DNA of 33,461 nt. It comes from an uncultured Nitrospiraceae bacterium. GTDB lineage: Bacteria; Nitrospirota; Thermodesulfovibrionia; Thermodesulfovibrionales; UBA9159. Made by a program: the position numbers and the translations under genes. Of the stretch, positions 9,069 to 17,712 are shown one piece after another (position 1 is the first letter of the stretch; each line of letters begins with the position of its first letter). Below the pieces are notes generated by a model. It ran no database searches. It was not told the origin of the DNA and saw nothing but the letters and a program-made list of their open reading frames with translations. The stretch is from the NCBI GenBank assembly GCA_947085305.1, contig CAMTVV010000156.1, positions 1 to 33,461 of the forward strand. The letters are read 5' to 3'.

Positions 9069-9101
9069 GTCCCCTTGGCGAGTAAGTAAAATTACTGGAT
9101 T

Positions 9102-9983
9102 ATGACATCTGAAGACGCCGCCAAACAACTGAAAGCAGATATTGAGGAGTGCGCTCGCCTGAGAGAAGAAAACAGGAGGCTCAGGTCTCTTGTGGGCATC
9201 CCGGAAGAAAAGCCTAATGCCGCTATAGCGGACAGCTTATCGCCCGAAGACAAGATTGCTCTGTTTCGCGGTCTCTTCCGTGGCCGAGAAGATGTTTACC
9301 CTGCAAGATGGGAGGCGAGAACTGGAAAATCCGGGTATTCTCCTGCCTGTGTCAACGAATGGAAGCGGCCTCTCTGTATCAAACCGAGTATCCGGTGCTC
9401 GGATTGCGAAAACCGGGAGCTTCTGTCTGTGACAAATGATGTGATCCAGTACCATCTTTCGGGAAAGCACACCATCGGGGTCTACCCGCTTCTTCAAGAT
9501 GAGACCTGCTGGTTTTTAGCTGTGGATTTCGACAAGGCCACATGGAAAGAAGATGCCGGGGCATTCTTAAAGACCTGTGAAGAGTTGAGTGTTCCGGCGG
9601 CACTCGAACGCTCCCGATCGGGTAATGGAGGGCATATCTGGATATTTTTCAATTCCCAAATTCAGACGGCACTGGCCCGAAAGCTCGGCTCAGCCGTACT
9701 TACCTATACGATGGAAAGGCATCCCCAGTTGGGTCTCGATTCCTACGACAGGCTCTTCCCGAGCCAGGATACCATGCCAAAAGGAGGGTTCAGGAGTCTT
9801 ATCGCCCTTCCGCTTCAGAGAATGCCAAGAGACAAAGGAAACTCTCTCTTTCTCGATAAGGACCTCAATCCTTATCCTGACAAATGGGCTTTTCTTTCAG
9901 GTATAATGAAAATGCGAAAGGAAGAGGTTGAAGCAATTGTCTACGAAGCCCAGCATAGAGCGGGAATGCAGCCAACGAAGTGA
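9102..9983 (+). pseudogene. AEP primase-like (TOTE-type) N-terminus of a primase-SF2 helicase, truncated
   Basis: LFRGREDVY, GYSPAC, GVYPL, AVDFD, ERSRSGNGGHIWIFF, LIALPLQ; ends before any helicase motif, at an intron remnant. Confidence 0.75.
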
Positions 9984-10160
9984 CTGAGCTAATGGGTGAA
10001 AGTCCCATCCTGACAATTGTCCGTAGCGGTCAGGTAGTTATATCTGGCATATAGGGAGGTAACAACCTATATGAAAGCCCAGAAGTAAACGGCCAGTCGG
10101 CTAAGCAGAGATGCTTAAGTCGGAACGATACAGGGGTCTAACAAAATGGCAAGCCTTAGC
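9980..10160 (+). mobile_element. Group II intron domain I fragment
   Basis: CTGAGCTAATGGGTGAAAGTCCCAT-CCTGAC...GTCAGGTAG and CATATAGG-GAGGTAACAA-CCTATATG hairpins typical of intron domain I; 5' GTGYG missing. Confidence 0.6.
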
Positions 10161-10237
10161 ATAACGCAACAGCAATTCACGGTGAAAAAAGACAGCTTAT
10201 CAATAAAGGCTTTTCTGAGGAGTTGGAGATAATTTTT

Positions 10238-10265
10238 CGTAACGTCAGTGAGCTTGCCGTTAGAC
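10238..10265 (+). other. attC-like arm preceding the GDPD gene
   Basis: AGTGAGC-TTGCC-GTTAGAC: L' box, 5 bp spacer, canonical GTTRRRY. Confidence 0.55.
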
Positions 10266-10402
10266 AAGCCAAATAGAACGAAAAGGGGGGCATAACCATT
10301 TATAGAAAATTCGGTTTACAGAAATTCATACAAAATAAAAGCGGCCCCTTTTCATGCTGCGCAGCTCTGCTCATTTTCAACGTCGCCATTCTGCATGAAG
10401 AT

Positions 10403-11203
10403 GTGTCTGCTTCCGAGAAAAGCACCGTCGCAATCATCGCCCATCGAGGCCTTCCGATGCTTGCTCCGGAAAATACACTGCCTGCGTTTCGCAAAGCAGT
10501 GGAACTTGGTGTCGAATACCTCGAGGTTGACGTGCAGCAGACGACCGACGGACACCTCGTGGTCTTGCACGACAAATCAGTTAGCCGGACAACAAATGGA
10601 GGGGGAAATCTTCGGGAATACACTTTGGACGAGTTGAAGAAGCTCGACGCCGGAACCTGGTTCAGCGATGCATTCAAAGGTGAACAAGTGCCCACCTTGC
10701 AAGAGGTTGTTAATGTGCTTGATGATCGGACGAAGCTCCTGCTGGAAATCAAATACGGAACCCCCTATCATGACGGCATTGAAGGACGGCTGATTGACTT
10801 CATCAGAGAGCGTCGTCTCGAAAACCGTGTGCTCATCAAATCGTTTGATCCGAATGTGGTCAAACGAGTGCGGTCGCTGGCGCCTGAAATTCCGGTCGGC
10901 ATCTCCATTGTCTTCCGCGTCCCCTTTCTCTCACTGATCGTCCATCGAGGCGTGCGTTTTGGAAATGTTTTGGAAGAAGATGTGGATTTCATCCATGTTC
11001 ACAGAATAGGGATGACGGAAGCTCTCGTGGCGCGCGCACACAAGCGGGGAATTTCGGTTATTGCATGGGACGTGCATGATGAATCCACAATGCGCCGGTT
11101 CATCGCCTATGGCGTAGATGCAATTGAGACCGACGAGGCTGAGCTGCTCAAGGAGATCAGACCGGCAGGCACGCCCATCAAAATTAAGATGCGCCGAGAA
11201 TAG
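10403..11203 (+). CDS. Glycerophosphodiester phosphodiesterase (GlpQ/UgpQ family); true start probably further upstream
   Basis: IAHRG, PENTLPAF, EVDV, VLHD, EIK, AIETD. Confidence 0.92.
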   Translation: MSASEKSTVAIIAHRGLPMLAPENTLPAFRKAVELGVEYLEVDVQQTTDGHLVVLHDKSVSRTTNGGGNLREYTLDELKKLDAGTWFSDAFKGEQVPTLQEVVNVLDDRTKLLLEIKYGTPYHDGIEGRLIDFIRERRLENRVLIKSFDPNVVKRVRSLAPEIPVGISIVFRVPFLSLIVHRGVRFGNVLEEDVDFIHVHRIGMTEALVARAHKRGISVIAWDVHDESTMRRFIAYGVDAIETDEAELLKEIRPAGTPIKIKMRRE

Positions 11204-11273
11204 AGTGGTGCGTCGGCTAAACGCACACCGTGGAGATGCGGTGAGAAAAGAGAAAAGTGACAGATTCGTTTTT

Positions 11274-11344
11274 CCCTAACAAATCAAATCACTCCAGCGG
11301 ACGGCGAGGAACGGCGCTCGCCGCCGTTGAGTTTGCCGTTGGCC
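11274..11344 (+). other. Integron attC site with duplicated spacer
   Basis: CCCTAAC-AAATC(AAATC)-ACT(C)CAGCGG(A)CGGCGAG...CTCGCCGCCGTTGAGT-TTGCC-GTTGGCC. Confidence 0.85.
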
Positions 11345-11358
11345 AGAAGGCGTAGACC

Positions 11359-12261
11359 ATGAAAGATGTCTGGTTTGCATTGGGACTGACCCTGTTTGCA
11401 GGCATGGCCACCGGAATCGGCAGTGTCATCGCGTTCACGGCCAAGCGAACCAACTATCGTTTCCTTTCGGTGGCAACGGGGTTCTCGGCCGGCGTGATGC
11501 TCTATGTGTCATTCGTCGAGATTTTCTTCAAGGGCGTTGGATTTCTCACGGAACGATACGGCGATTACTGGGGGCACTGGATCAATGCCGCCTCCTTTTT
11601 CGGGGGAATGTTGCTGATCGGCTTGATTGACAACCTGATTCCAGCCGCCGTGAACCCGCATGAGACCCATGCGGAAACTGAAACCATGCCCCTGCACAAT
11701 CTAACCGCGGCGCTCCCGGATTTCCACAAATCCGCAGCCGGCGTATCGGCGGGGACAGAAGGCCTCCACGATCACAGCGCCCATCATCAGAAGCTGATGC
11801 GGATGGGGTTGTTCACTGCATTGGCCATAGGCATTCACAATTTTCCAGAGGGCGTGGCCACCTTTCTTGCCGCCCTACAGGACCCGAGTCTGGGTGTGGC
11901 CATTGCGGTGGCAATTGCCCTGCACAACATTCCCGAGGGGATTAGCGTATCCGTGCCGATTTTCTATGCCACGGGAAATCGCCCAAAGGCCTTCTTCTAC
12001 TCGATGCTTAGTGGATTGGCCGAGCCGGTGGGCGCAGGCATCGCCTACCTTGCGCTCCGATTCTTCCTTGGAGGTGATGACGGAGTGGTCCCGCCCCAAG
12101 TGATGGGGATGCTGTTCGGGGGCGTGGCCGGCATTATGGTCTACATCAGTCTTGATGAATTGCTGCCAACGAGCAGGGCCTATGGAAAAGGCCACGACAG
12201 CCTGCTTGGCCTTGTGGCAGGAATGCTGGTGATGGCTTTGAGCCTCTTGCTGATGAAATAG
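11359..12261 (+). CDS. zupT: ZIP family zinc transporter
   Basis: [37 protein letters not shown]; His-rich loop. Confidence 0.95.
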   Translation: MKDVWFALGLTLFAGMATGIGSVIAFTAKRTNYRFLSVATGFSAGVMLYVSFVEIFFKGVGFLTERYGDYWGHWINAASFFGGMLLIGLIDNLIPAAVNPHETHAETETMPLHNLTAALPDFHKSAAGVSAGTEGLHDHSAHHQKLMRMGLFTALAIGIHNFPEGVATFLAALQDPSLGVAIAVAIALHNIPEGISVSVPIFYATGNRPKAFFYSMLSGLAEPVGAGIAYLALRFFLGGDDGVVPPQVMGMLFGGVAGIMVYISLDELLPTSRAYGKGHDSLLGLVAGMLVMALSLLLMK

Positions 12262-12274
12262 TGACGATACGCCT

Positions 12275-12321
12275 GGTCAACCAGAAAGTGCATGCGACGC
12301 GGTACCAGCGCGCCTGACTTT
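12275..12321 (+). other. attC site lacking R'
   Basis: GGTCAAC-CAGAA-AGT(G)CATGCG...CGCCTGACTTT, 13 nt after the zupT stop; R'' complements upstream GTTGGCC at 6/7. Confidence 0.65.
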
Positions 12322-12542
12322 ATAAGGGAGGAATGGGGAGGAATGGTCTTTATTCTTGCGGTCAACGCTTGGATGTCGATTCTGCGCTTGTAACAATTTC
12401 CGCTTGTGCCCTGCAGGTTAATCAGGATGCTCGGCAGCGTTTGTTGCTGTGAGAACGTAACATTATAGGATAGCAACTGCAAAGGAGTTACTGTAGAACT
12501 TTTTTTGTCAACTGTAAATCTTTTCTTGTCCTATTCGCAAGC

Positions 12543-13268
12543 TTAACCCCTATTGCCAGTCTTCTTCTCGATCCGCGTGCATAATCCCCTGAGCATTCTC
12601 ACTTCCCATTCGGTGAGGCCTGCCCTGCCGATGAGCTGCTTGAGGTTCCTCATGATTCTCATCTCAATATCCCTGTTGCCCCTCGGGATATATTCGAGAA
12701 GTTTGAGGGTGGAGCGAATATGCCGGTAGAGCATCTCAAGTTCCCTGCGTTCCACAAGCTTCGGTGCCTCTGCCCTATATGTTCCCCGGCTGAGTTCGTA
12801 TGCCGTAAGGAGCACGCTCTGGGCAAGATTGAGAGACGGCGAAGACGGGTCTGAAGGGATAGTCATCAGAAAGCCGCATTCCTCAACCTCCCTGTTGTTC
12901 AGCCCCTTGTCTTCCCTTCCGAAAAGGATGGCAATCCTGTTCTTTTTTGCAGCAGTGATGATTTTTTCAACGCCCTCTTTCAAAGGCAGGATGACGCCCC
13001 TCCTTTTGCCGAGTCTCCTCGTGGTGCCGATGATCATGCTTTTGCCTTCCACTGCATGCTCGAAACTTGAAAAGCTCCCTGCTTGTTCAAGGAGGTCAAC
13101 GGCATTGCACGCCATCTGTCTCGCTTCTTCGGTAAGGAACTCCCGGGGCTTTATCAGTTCAAGATTCCTGAAGCCCATGTTCTTCATGGCCCTGGCAGAG
13201 GCGCCGATATTTCCCGGTTCCCTGGGCTCAACAAGGATAAAGGATAAGTTGTCTTTCCAGTTCTTCAT
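12543..13268 (-). CDS. trmJ: TrmJ/LasT SPOUT tRNA methyltransferase
   Basis: GNIGASARAMKNMG, FGREDKGL, SLNLAQSV. Confidence 0.9.
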   Translation of the reverse strand: MKNWKDNLSFILVEPREPGNIGASARAMKNMGFRNLELIKPREFLTEEARQMACNAVDLLEQAGSFSSFEHAVEGKSMIIGTTRRLGKRRGVILPLKEGVEKIITAAKKNRIAILFGREDKGLNNREVEECGFLMTIPSDPSSPSLNLAQSVLLTAYELSRGTYRAEAPKLVERRELEMLYRHIRSTLKLLEYIPRGNRDIEMRIMRNLKQLIGRAGLTEWEVRMLRGLCTRIEKKTGNRG

Positions 13269-13330
13269 ATGACGAGGATCGGTTCGGTCACCTCAGGCAG
13301 AGGAATGACATCTGCCCTGAATGCGACCTC

Positions 13331-14077
13331 TCAATTCTCACTGAACATGAGCTCGAAGATCGGAACCTTTTTGAATCCGGAAGGGATCGCAAACTCGGAT
13401 GCAGGAATATCCTTCTTCTCCAGTTTAATCACCTCATAGGTGGCGGGTTCCCCGCTTCCTGAATAGCTTCTGCTTTTCAGCTGCCACCCGGCCTGTTCCA
13501 GCTTTTTATATTCGAGGGATTCTTCAACAGCCAGAGGGAGCGTATGTACAATGTCGGCAAGGCTGGAGAGGCATTTCTCGAATTTTTTCATGACGGTCCT
13601 GAACAGGGACTCGAGCTCTTTCATCACTGCGGCATCAGTCGTAAGCCATACCTCTTCGTAGAGCTCCCCATCAGTCAGCACCTTATATTTCACCGTATTG
13701 TATCCCGCAACCACACCGCCGTCCCCTTCTTTCACCACGGAGACCTTTGGAGTGTGCTTGCCGCCTTTCCCCCGTTTCCCCTGGTCTTCCCCAGGCGCGT
13801 CCTTCTTCGCCTTGCCGATCTCAACGATCACCGCCTTGCAGAAATCATCGATACTTTCCCTGGCATAGACCTTCCGTTTGGTATCAATAAAGATAATATT
13901 CCCCTTTTTTGCGTCCAGGATCGAATACTGATCATCCCCCCTCGATGTCTCCTTGAGCATCCCTTCGGAAATGAGCGTTGTCGCGCCTTCCTGATCAACC
14001 TGAACCCACCCTGCAAAAGCTGGCACGGTGAGCCCCAATATCGCTGCCATGACAAAAGATACTTTCAGCAGTTTCAT
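13331..14077 (-). CDS. Secreted DUF4412-like protein
   Basis: Signal peptide MKLLKVSFVMAAILGLTVPAFA, VAGYNTVKYKV, C-terminal FAIPSGFKK; GGAGAGG RBS before 14077. Confidence 0.75.
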   Translation of the reverse strand: MKLLKVSFVMAAILGLTVPAFAGWVQVDQEGATTLISEGMLKETSRGDDQYSILDAKKGNIIFIDTKRKVYARESIDDFCKAVIVEIGKAKKDAPGEDQGKRGKGGKHTPKVSVVKEGDGGVVAGYNTVKYKVLTDGELYEEVWLTTDAAVMKELESLFRTVMKKFEKCLSSLADIVHTLPLAVEESLEYKKLEQAGWQLKSRSYSGSGEPATYEVIKLEKKDIPASEFAIPSGFKKVPIFELMFSEN

Positions 14078-14206
14078 GTCCTCTCCCTTCCTCCTTTGTT
14101 CCGGATGCGTAAATAATATCATAAAACAGTGCGCGGCAAACAGAGTTACTGAGAAGTTCATTAGAAAGCGTGAGGAGCAAGGCTTTTTATGGTATCATGT
14201 ATCTTC

Positions 14207-14941
14207 ATGGAAAAACGTCTTCAGAAGATCCTCTCGGAACTGGGGCTCGCCTCAAGGAGAAAGGCGGAAGAACTCATTCTCCAGGGCAGTGTTACTGTCA
14301 ACGGGCAGGTTGCGACCATCGGGATGAAGGCTGACCCCGAAAGAGACTATATAAAAGTCGGGAAAAAACTCGTGGCTGGACCAAGCCGGGAAGTCGTCCC
14401 GAAGGTCTATCTCATGTGGAACAAACCCAGGGGCGTGGTAACGACCATGTACGACCCCGAAGGAAGACCCACTGTGAAAGACTTTCTGAAACAGGTAAAA
14501 TATAGGTTGTTCCCTGTAGGTAGACTTGACTTTGACTCCGAGGGCCTGCTTCTGCTGACCAATGACGGCGATTTTGCCAATGCAGTGCTCCATCCTTCGC
14601 GCGAGACACCCAAGACCTATCTCGTCAAGGTGAAAGGGGAGATAGAAGAAGAGAACCTGGAGAAACTGAGGCGGGGGGTGAAACTGGAAGACGGCATGAC
14701 CATGCCTGCAAGGGTGAAAAAAGTGAGGAAGTCGGAGAATAACTCGTGGATTGAGATGACCATATACGAGGGGAGAAAACGGCAGATCAGGCGGATGATC
14801 GAAAAAGTGGGACATCTCACGCTGAAACTGAAGAGGGTCTCGATAAACGGCCTGAAGCTGAGGGCTCTAAAGCCCGGTGAACTGAGGCCTTTGACGCAGG
14901 ATGAACTGCATACGCTAAAAAAGGAATTGGGGATCAAGTGA
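14207..14941 (+). CDS. rluB: RsuA/RluB family pseudouridine synthase
   Basis: RLQKIL...ASRRKAE S4 domain, VGRLDFDSEGLLLLTNDG, EGRKRQIRRM. Confidence 0.9.
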   Translation: MEKRLQKILSELGLASRRKAEELILQGSVTVNGQVATIGMKADPERDYIKVGKKLVAGPSREVVPKVYLMWNKPRGVVTTMYDPEGRPTVKDFLKQVKYRLFPVGRLDFDSEGLLLLTNDGDFANAVLHPSRETPKTYLVKVKGEIEEENLEKLRRGVKLEDGMTMPARVKKVRKSENNSWIEMTIYEGRKRQIRRMIEKVGHLTLKLKRVSINGLKLRALKPGELRPLTQDELHTLKKELGIK

Positions 14942-14953
14942 AACGGAGAATGT

Positions 14954-16756
14954 ATGGTTCGTGACAGGGGTTGTGGTGAAATCAGGGAGTCGGATATCGG
15001 CTCTACAATACATCTTGCAGGATGGGTATTCAGAAGAAGGGACCACGGGGGCCTGATCTTTGTTGATCTGAGGGACCGAAGCGGTATCTTCCAGGTGGTG
15101 TTCAGCCCCGAGGTTGCGAAGGATGCCCATGAGCTTGCCCACGGACTCAGGGGAGAGTTCGTGATCCACGTTTCGGGTGAGGTGAGGCGCAGACCCGAAG
15201 GAACTGCAAACCCGAACCTTCCTACAGGAATGGTCGAACTTTATGCAAAAACCCTTGTCGTACTGAATGAATCCTCTCCCCTCCCCTTCCCCATGGAGGA
15301 AGCGGGAGAGGCGTCGGAGTCCCTGAGGCTTAAGTACCGTTATCTCGATTTGAGAAGACCGGAATTGCAGCACAATCTCATCACCCGCCACAGGGCTACG
15401 AAGGTCATAAGGGACTACCTTGATGAGCAGAAATTCCTCGAAATAGAGACTCCAATGCTTACGAAATCCACCCCTGAAGGCGCCAGGGACTACCTCGTGC
15501 CCAGCAGGCTGAATCCGGGCCACTTCTACGCGCTGCCCCAGTCGCCGCAGATTTTTAAGCAGATACTGATGGTGGCGGGCCTCGAGAGGTATTTTCAGAT
15601 AGTGAAGTGTTTCCGGGACGAAGACCTGAGAGCCGACCGGCAGCCCGAATTCACCCAGGTGGATATTGAGATGTCTTTTGCGGAAAGGGAGGATATCATC
15701 AGCCTTACCGAAGGGATGATGCAGAGACTCTTCAGGGATGTGCTGGACAGGGATATCGAGGCGCCTTTCGAAAGGCTCTCGTTCAGGGAGTCCATGGAGC
15801 GGTTCGGGAATGACAAGCCGGACTTGCGCTTTGAGCTCGAGCTGAAGGAGATGGCGGACCTCGCAAAGAATGGTTCTTTCAAGGTCTTCCTCGAGGCCCT
15901 GGAATCAGGGGGAAGGGTGAAGGCCCTGAACGGGAAAGGCTTGGCAGGGCTCTCGAGGAAGGAGCTCGACGTCCTCACAGAAGAGGCAAAGTCCTTCGGC
16001 GCAAAGGGACTGGCGTGGATAAAGGTGAAGAATGGGTTCGAGTCCCCCATAGCCAAGTTCTTCCCTGAGGAGATACTCAGGCAGATGGCCGGGAGACTGG
16101 GCGCGGCTGAAGGGGACCTCATGGTCTTTGTTGCAGACAGGGAAAAGGTTGTCCATGACGTCCTGAGCCGGCTGAGGCTCGACTTCGGGAAGAGCCTGAA
16201 CCTCATCAGACCGGTATATAAATTTGCCTGGATACTGGATTTTCCCCTTCTTGAATGGGACGAGGAAGAGTCACGGTTCCAGGCGATGCACCATCCCTTC
16301 ACCTCTCCGGTGGATGAAGATATCGAAAGGTTGTTGTCAATAGATACCTCTGTCCCTGAACTGTTCACTGTTCACCGTTCACTGTTCACTGAACTAAGGG
16401 CAAAGGCCTATGACATAGTGCTTAACGGCTGCGAGATCGGCGGCGGGAGCATCAGGATTCACAGGAAGGAAGTACAGAAAAAGATGTTCGAGGTGTTGGG
16501 AGTTAGCGAGGAAGATGCACGGATGAAGTTCGGCTTCCTCCTGGATGCCCTTGAATTCGGGTCCCCTCCCCATGGCGGCATCGCCCTCGGCCTTGACAGG
16601 CTTTTGATGCTCATGGTCGGCGCCTCATCCATCCGTGATGTCATCGCTTTTCCGAAGACCCAGAAAGCGGTATGCCTTATGAGCGGCGCCCCCTCTGCCG
16701 TAGAACCGAAGCAGCTCAGGGAACTCTTCATAAAGACATTGGATCTGGGCGGTTAG
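14954..16756 (+). CDS. aspS: Aspartate-tRNA ligase, probably non-discriminating
   Basis: RRDHGG, TPEGARDY, FRDEDLRADRQPEF, GGGSIR, PPHGGIALGLDR. Confidence 0.97.
   Translation: MVRDRGCGEIRESDIGSTIHLAGWVFRRRDHGGLIFVDLRDRSGIFQVVFSPEVAKDAHELAHGLRGEFVIHVSGEVRRRPEGTANPNLPTGMVELYAKTLVVLNESSPLPFPMEEAGEASESLRLKYRYLDLRRPELQHNLITRHRATKVIRDYLDEQKFLEIETPMLTKSTPEGARDYLVPSRLNPGHFYALPQSPQIFKQILMVAGLERYFQIVKCFRDEDLRADRQPEFTQVDIEMSFAEREDIISLTEGMMQRLFRDVLDRDIEAPFERLSFRESMERFGNDKPDLRFELELKEMADLAKNGSFKVFLEALESGGRVKALNGKGLAGLSRKELDVLTEEAKSFGAKGLAWIKVKNGFESPIAKFFPEEILRQMAGRLGAAEGDLMVFVADREKVVHDVLSRLRLDFGKSLNLIRPVYKFAWILDFPLLEWDEEESRFQAMHHPFTSPVDEDIERLLSIDTSVPELFTVHRSLFTELRAKAYDIVLNGCEIGGGSIRIHRKEVQKKMFEVLGVSEEDARMKFGFLLDALEFGSPPHGGIALGLDRLLMLMVGASSIRDVIAFPKTQKAVCLMSGAPSAVEPKQLRELFIKTLDLGG
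16356..16395 (+). repeat. Heptamer tandem repeat inside aspS
   Basis: CTGTTCA x4 (one CCGTTCA) at 16361-16388, flanked by CTGAACT direct repeats. Confidence 0.85.
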
Positions 16757-16761
16757 GGAAA

Positions 16762-17712
16762 ATGGAAATACCCCTGTGGCTCAAAACCGTGAGAAGTGAT
16801 GAGTCACGAGTGAATTCGTTACGCGTTACGCATTGCGCATTACGTAAAAATCACTCACGGTTCCTTGACAGAACCCTCTGCCGGGTCATCACCTTTGTTG
16901 AAGATACAATGTTCAATGAGACCAGCTCTGCACAGAACGGCCTCCTGCAGATGATCGAACCGAGGTTAAAGGTCATTAGCCTTCTTGTCTTTGTTGTTGT
17001 CCTGAGCCTGCAGAAGTCCGTGGAAGGGATCGCTGTTTTTTCCCTTTTGGCCGTCCTGCTGGCCTTAGCATCAAGAATATCCCTCGCAACGTTCGCAAAA
17101 AGACTCCTGCCGGCCGCTGCGCTCACGATCATCATATCTCTCCCGGTGATCCTGAACCTGATTGTTGAAGGCGACCCTCTCCTTGTCCTTCTCCGTTTTG
17201 AAAAGGCTGTGAACATCGGTCCCCTGGTCATACCGCAGGAGATCGCTGTAACACGTCAGGGACTGGGCAGCGCCGTAACTCTCCTTTTGAGGGTTCTCAC
17301 ATCCGTCTCCATTGTATTTCTTATCGCCATGACCACGCCGCCGAATGCCTTTCTAAAGACCCTTTCTTCCCTTGTCCCCGGCGCTCTATATCCCCTCGTC
17401 TCAATAAGTTACCGGTATATCTTCTTTCTCGTGAGGAAGGTTGAGCATTTTATCATGGGCTTGCGATCAAGACAGATTGCTGCGGTAACATCCTCAACAG
17501 GACGCCACTGGATTGCCTCGAGAATCGGACTGTTATTTTCCATAAGCCTTGAATTCAGCAATGAACTCTCAATGGCAATGGAATCAAGGGGCTACAGGGG
17601 AGAAAAATTCAAAACTCTAAATTCAAAATTTGAAATTAAAAAAAATGATATGGCCTGGCTTATTTTTGCCGTAATCTTCTGCGGAGTCATGATTTGGAAA
17701 TCTTTAGCGTAG
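16762..17712 (+). CDS. cbiQ: ECF transporter T component (CbiQ/NikQ)
   Basis: EPRLK, SYRYIF, AMESRGY motifs; multiple TM segments. Confidence 0.88.
   Translation: MEIPLWLKTVRSDESRVNSLRVTHCALRKNHSRFLDRTLCRVITFVEDTMFNETSSAQNGLLQMIEPRLKVISLLVFVVVLSLQKSVEGIAVFSLLAVLLALASRISLATFAKRLLPAAALTIIISLPVILNLIVEGDPLLVLLRFEKAVNIGPLVIPQEIAVTRQGLGSAVTLLLRVLTSVSIVFLIAMTTPPNAFLKTLSSLVPGALYPLVSISYRYIFFLVRKVEHFIMGLRSRQIAAVTSSTGRHWIASRIGLLFSISLEFSNELSMAMESRGYRGEKFKTLNSKFEIKKNDMAWLIFAVIFCGVMIWKSLA
16789..16844 (+). repeat. Degenerate heptamer repeats in cbiQ 5' end
   Basis: GTGAGAA GTGATGA GTCACGA GTGAATT, then CGTTACG CGTTACG CATTGCG CATTACG. Confidence 0.7.
17604..17638 (+). repeat. Degenerate heptamer repeats in cbiQ 3' end
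   Basis: AAAATTC AAAACTC TAAATTC AAAATTT GAAATTA. Confidence 0.7.

Noticed and set aside
10136-10265. GTCTAAC...GTTAGAC as one intact 130-bp attC
   Set aside because: The L boxes do not pair at the right spacing, and the left part appears to belong to the intron fragment; only the right arm was kept
14915-16731. Long antisense ORFs opposite aspS (likewise opposite cbiO, WOR and pyk)
   Set aside because: Typical shadow ORFs of GC-rich coding sequence, with no motifs
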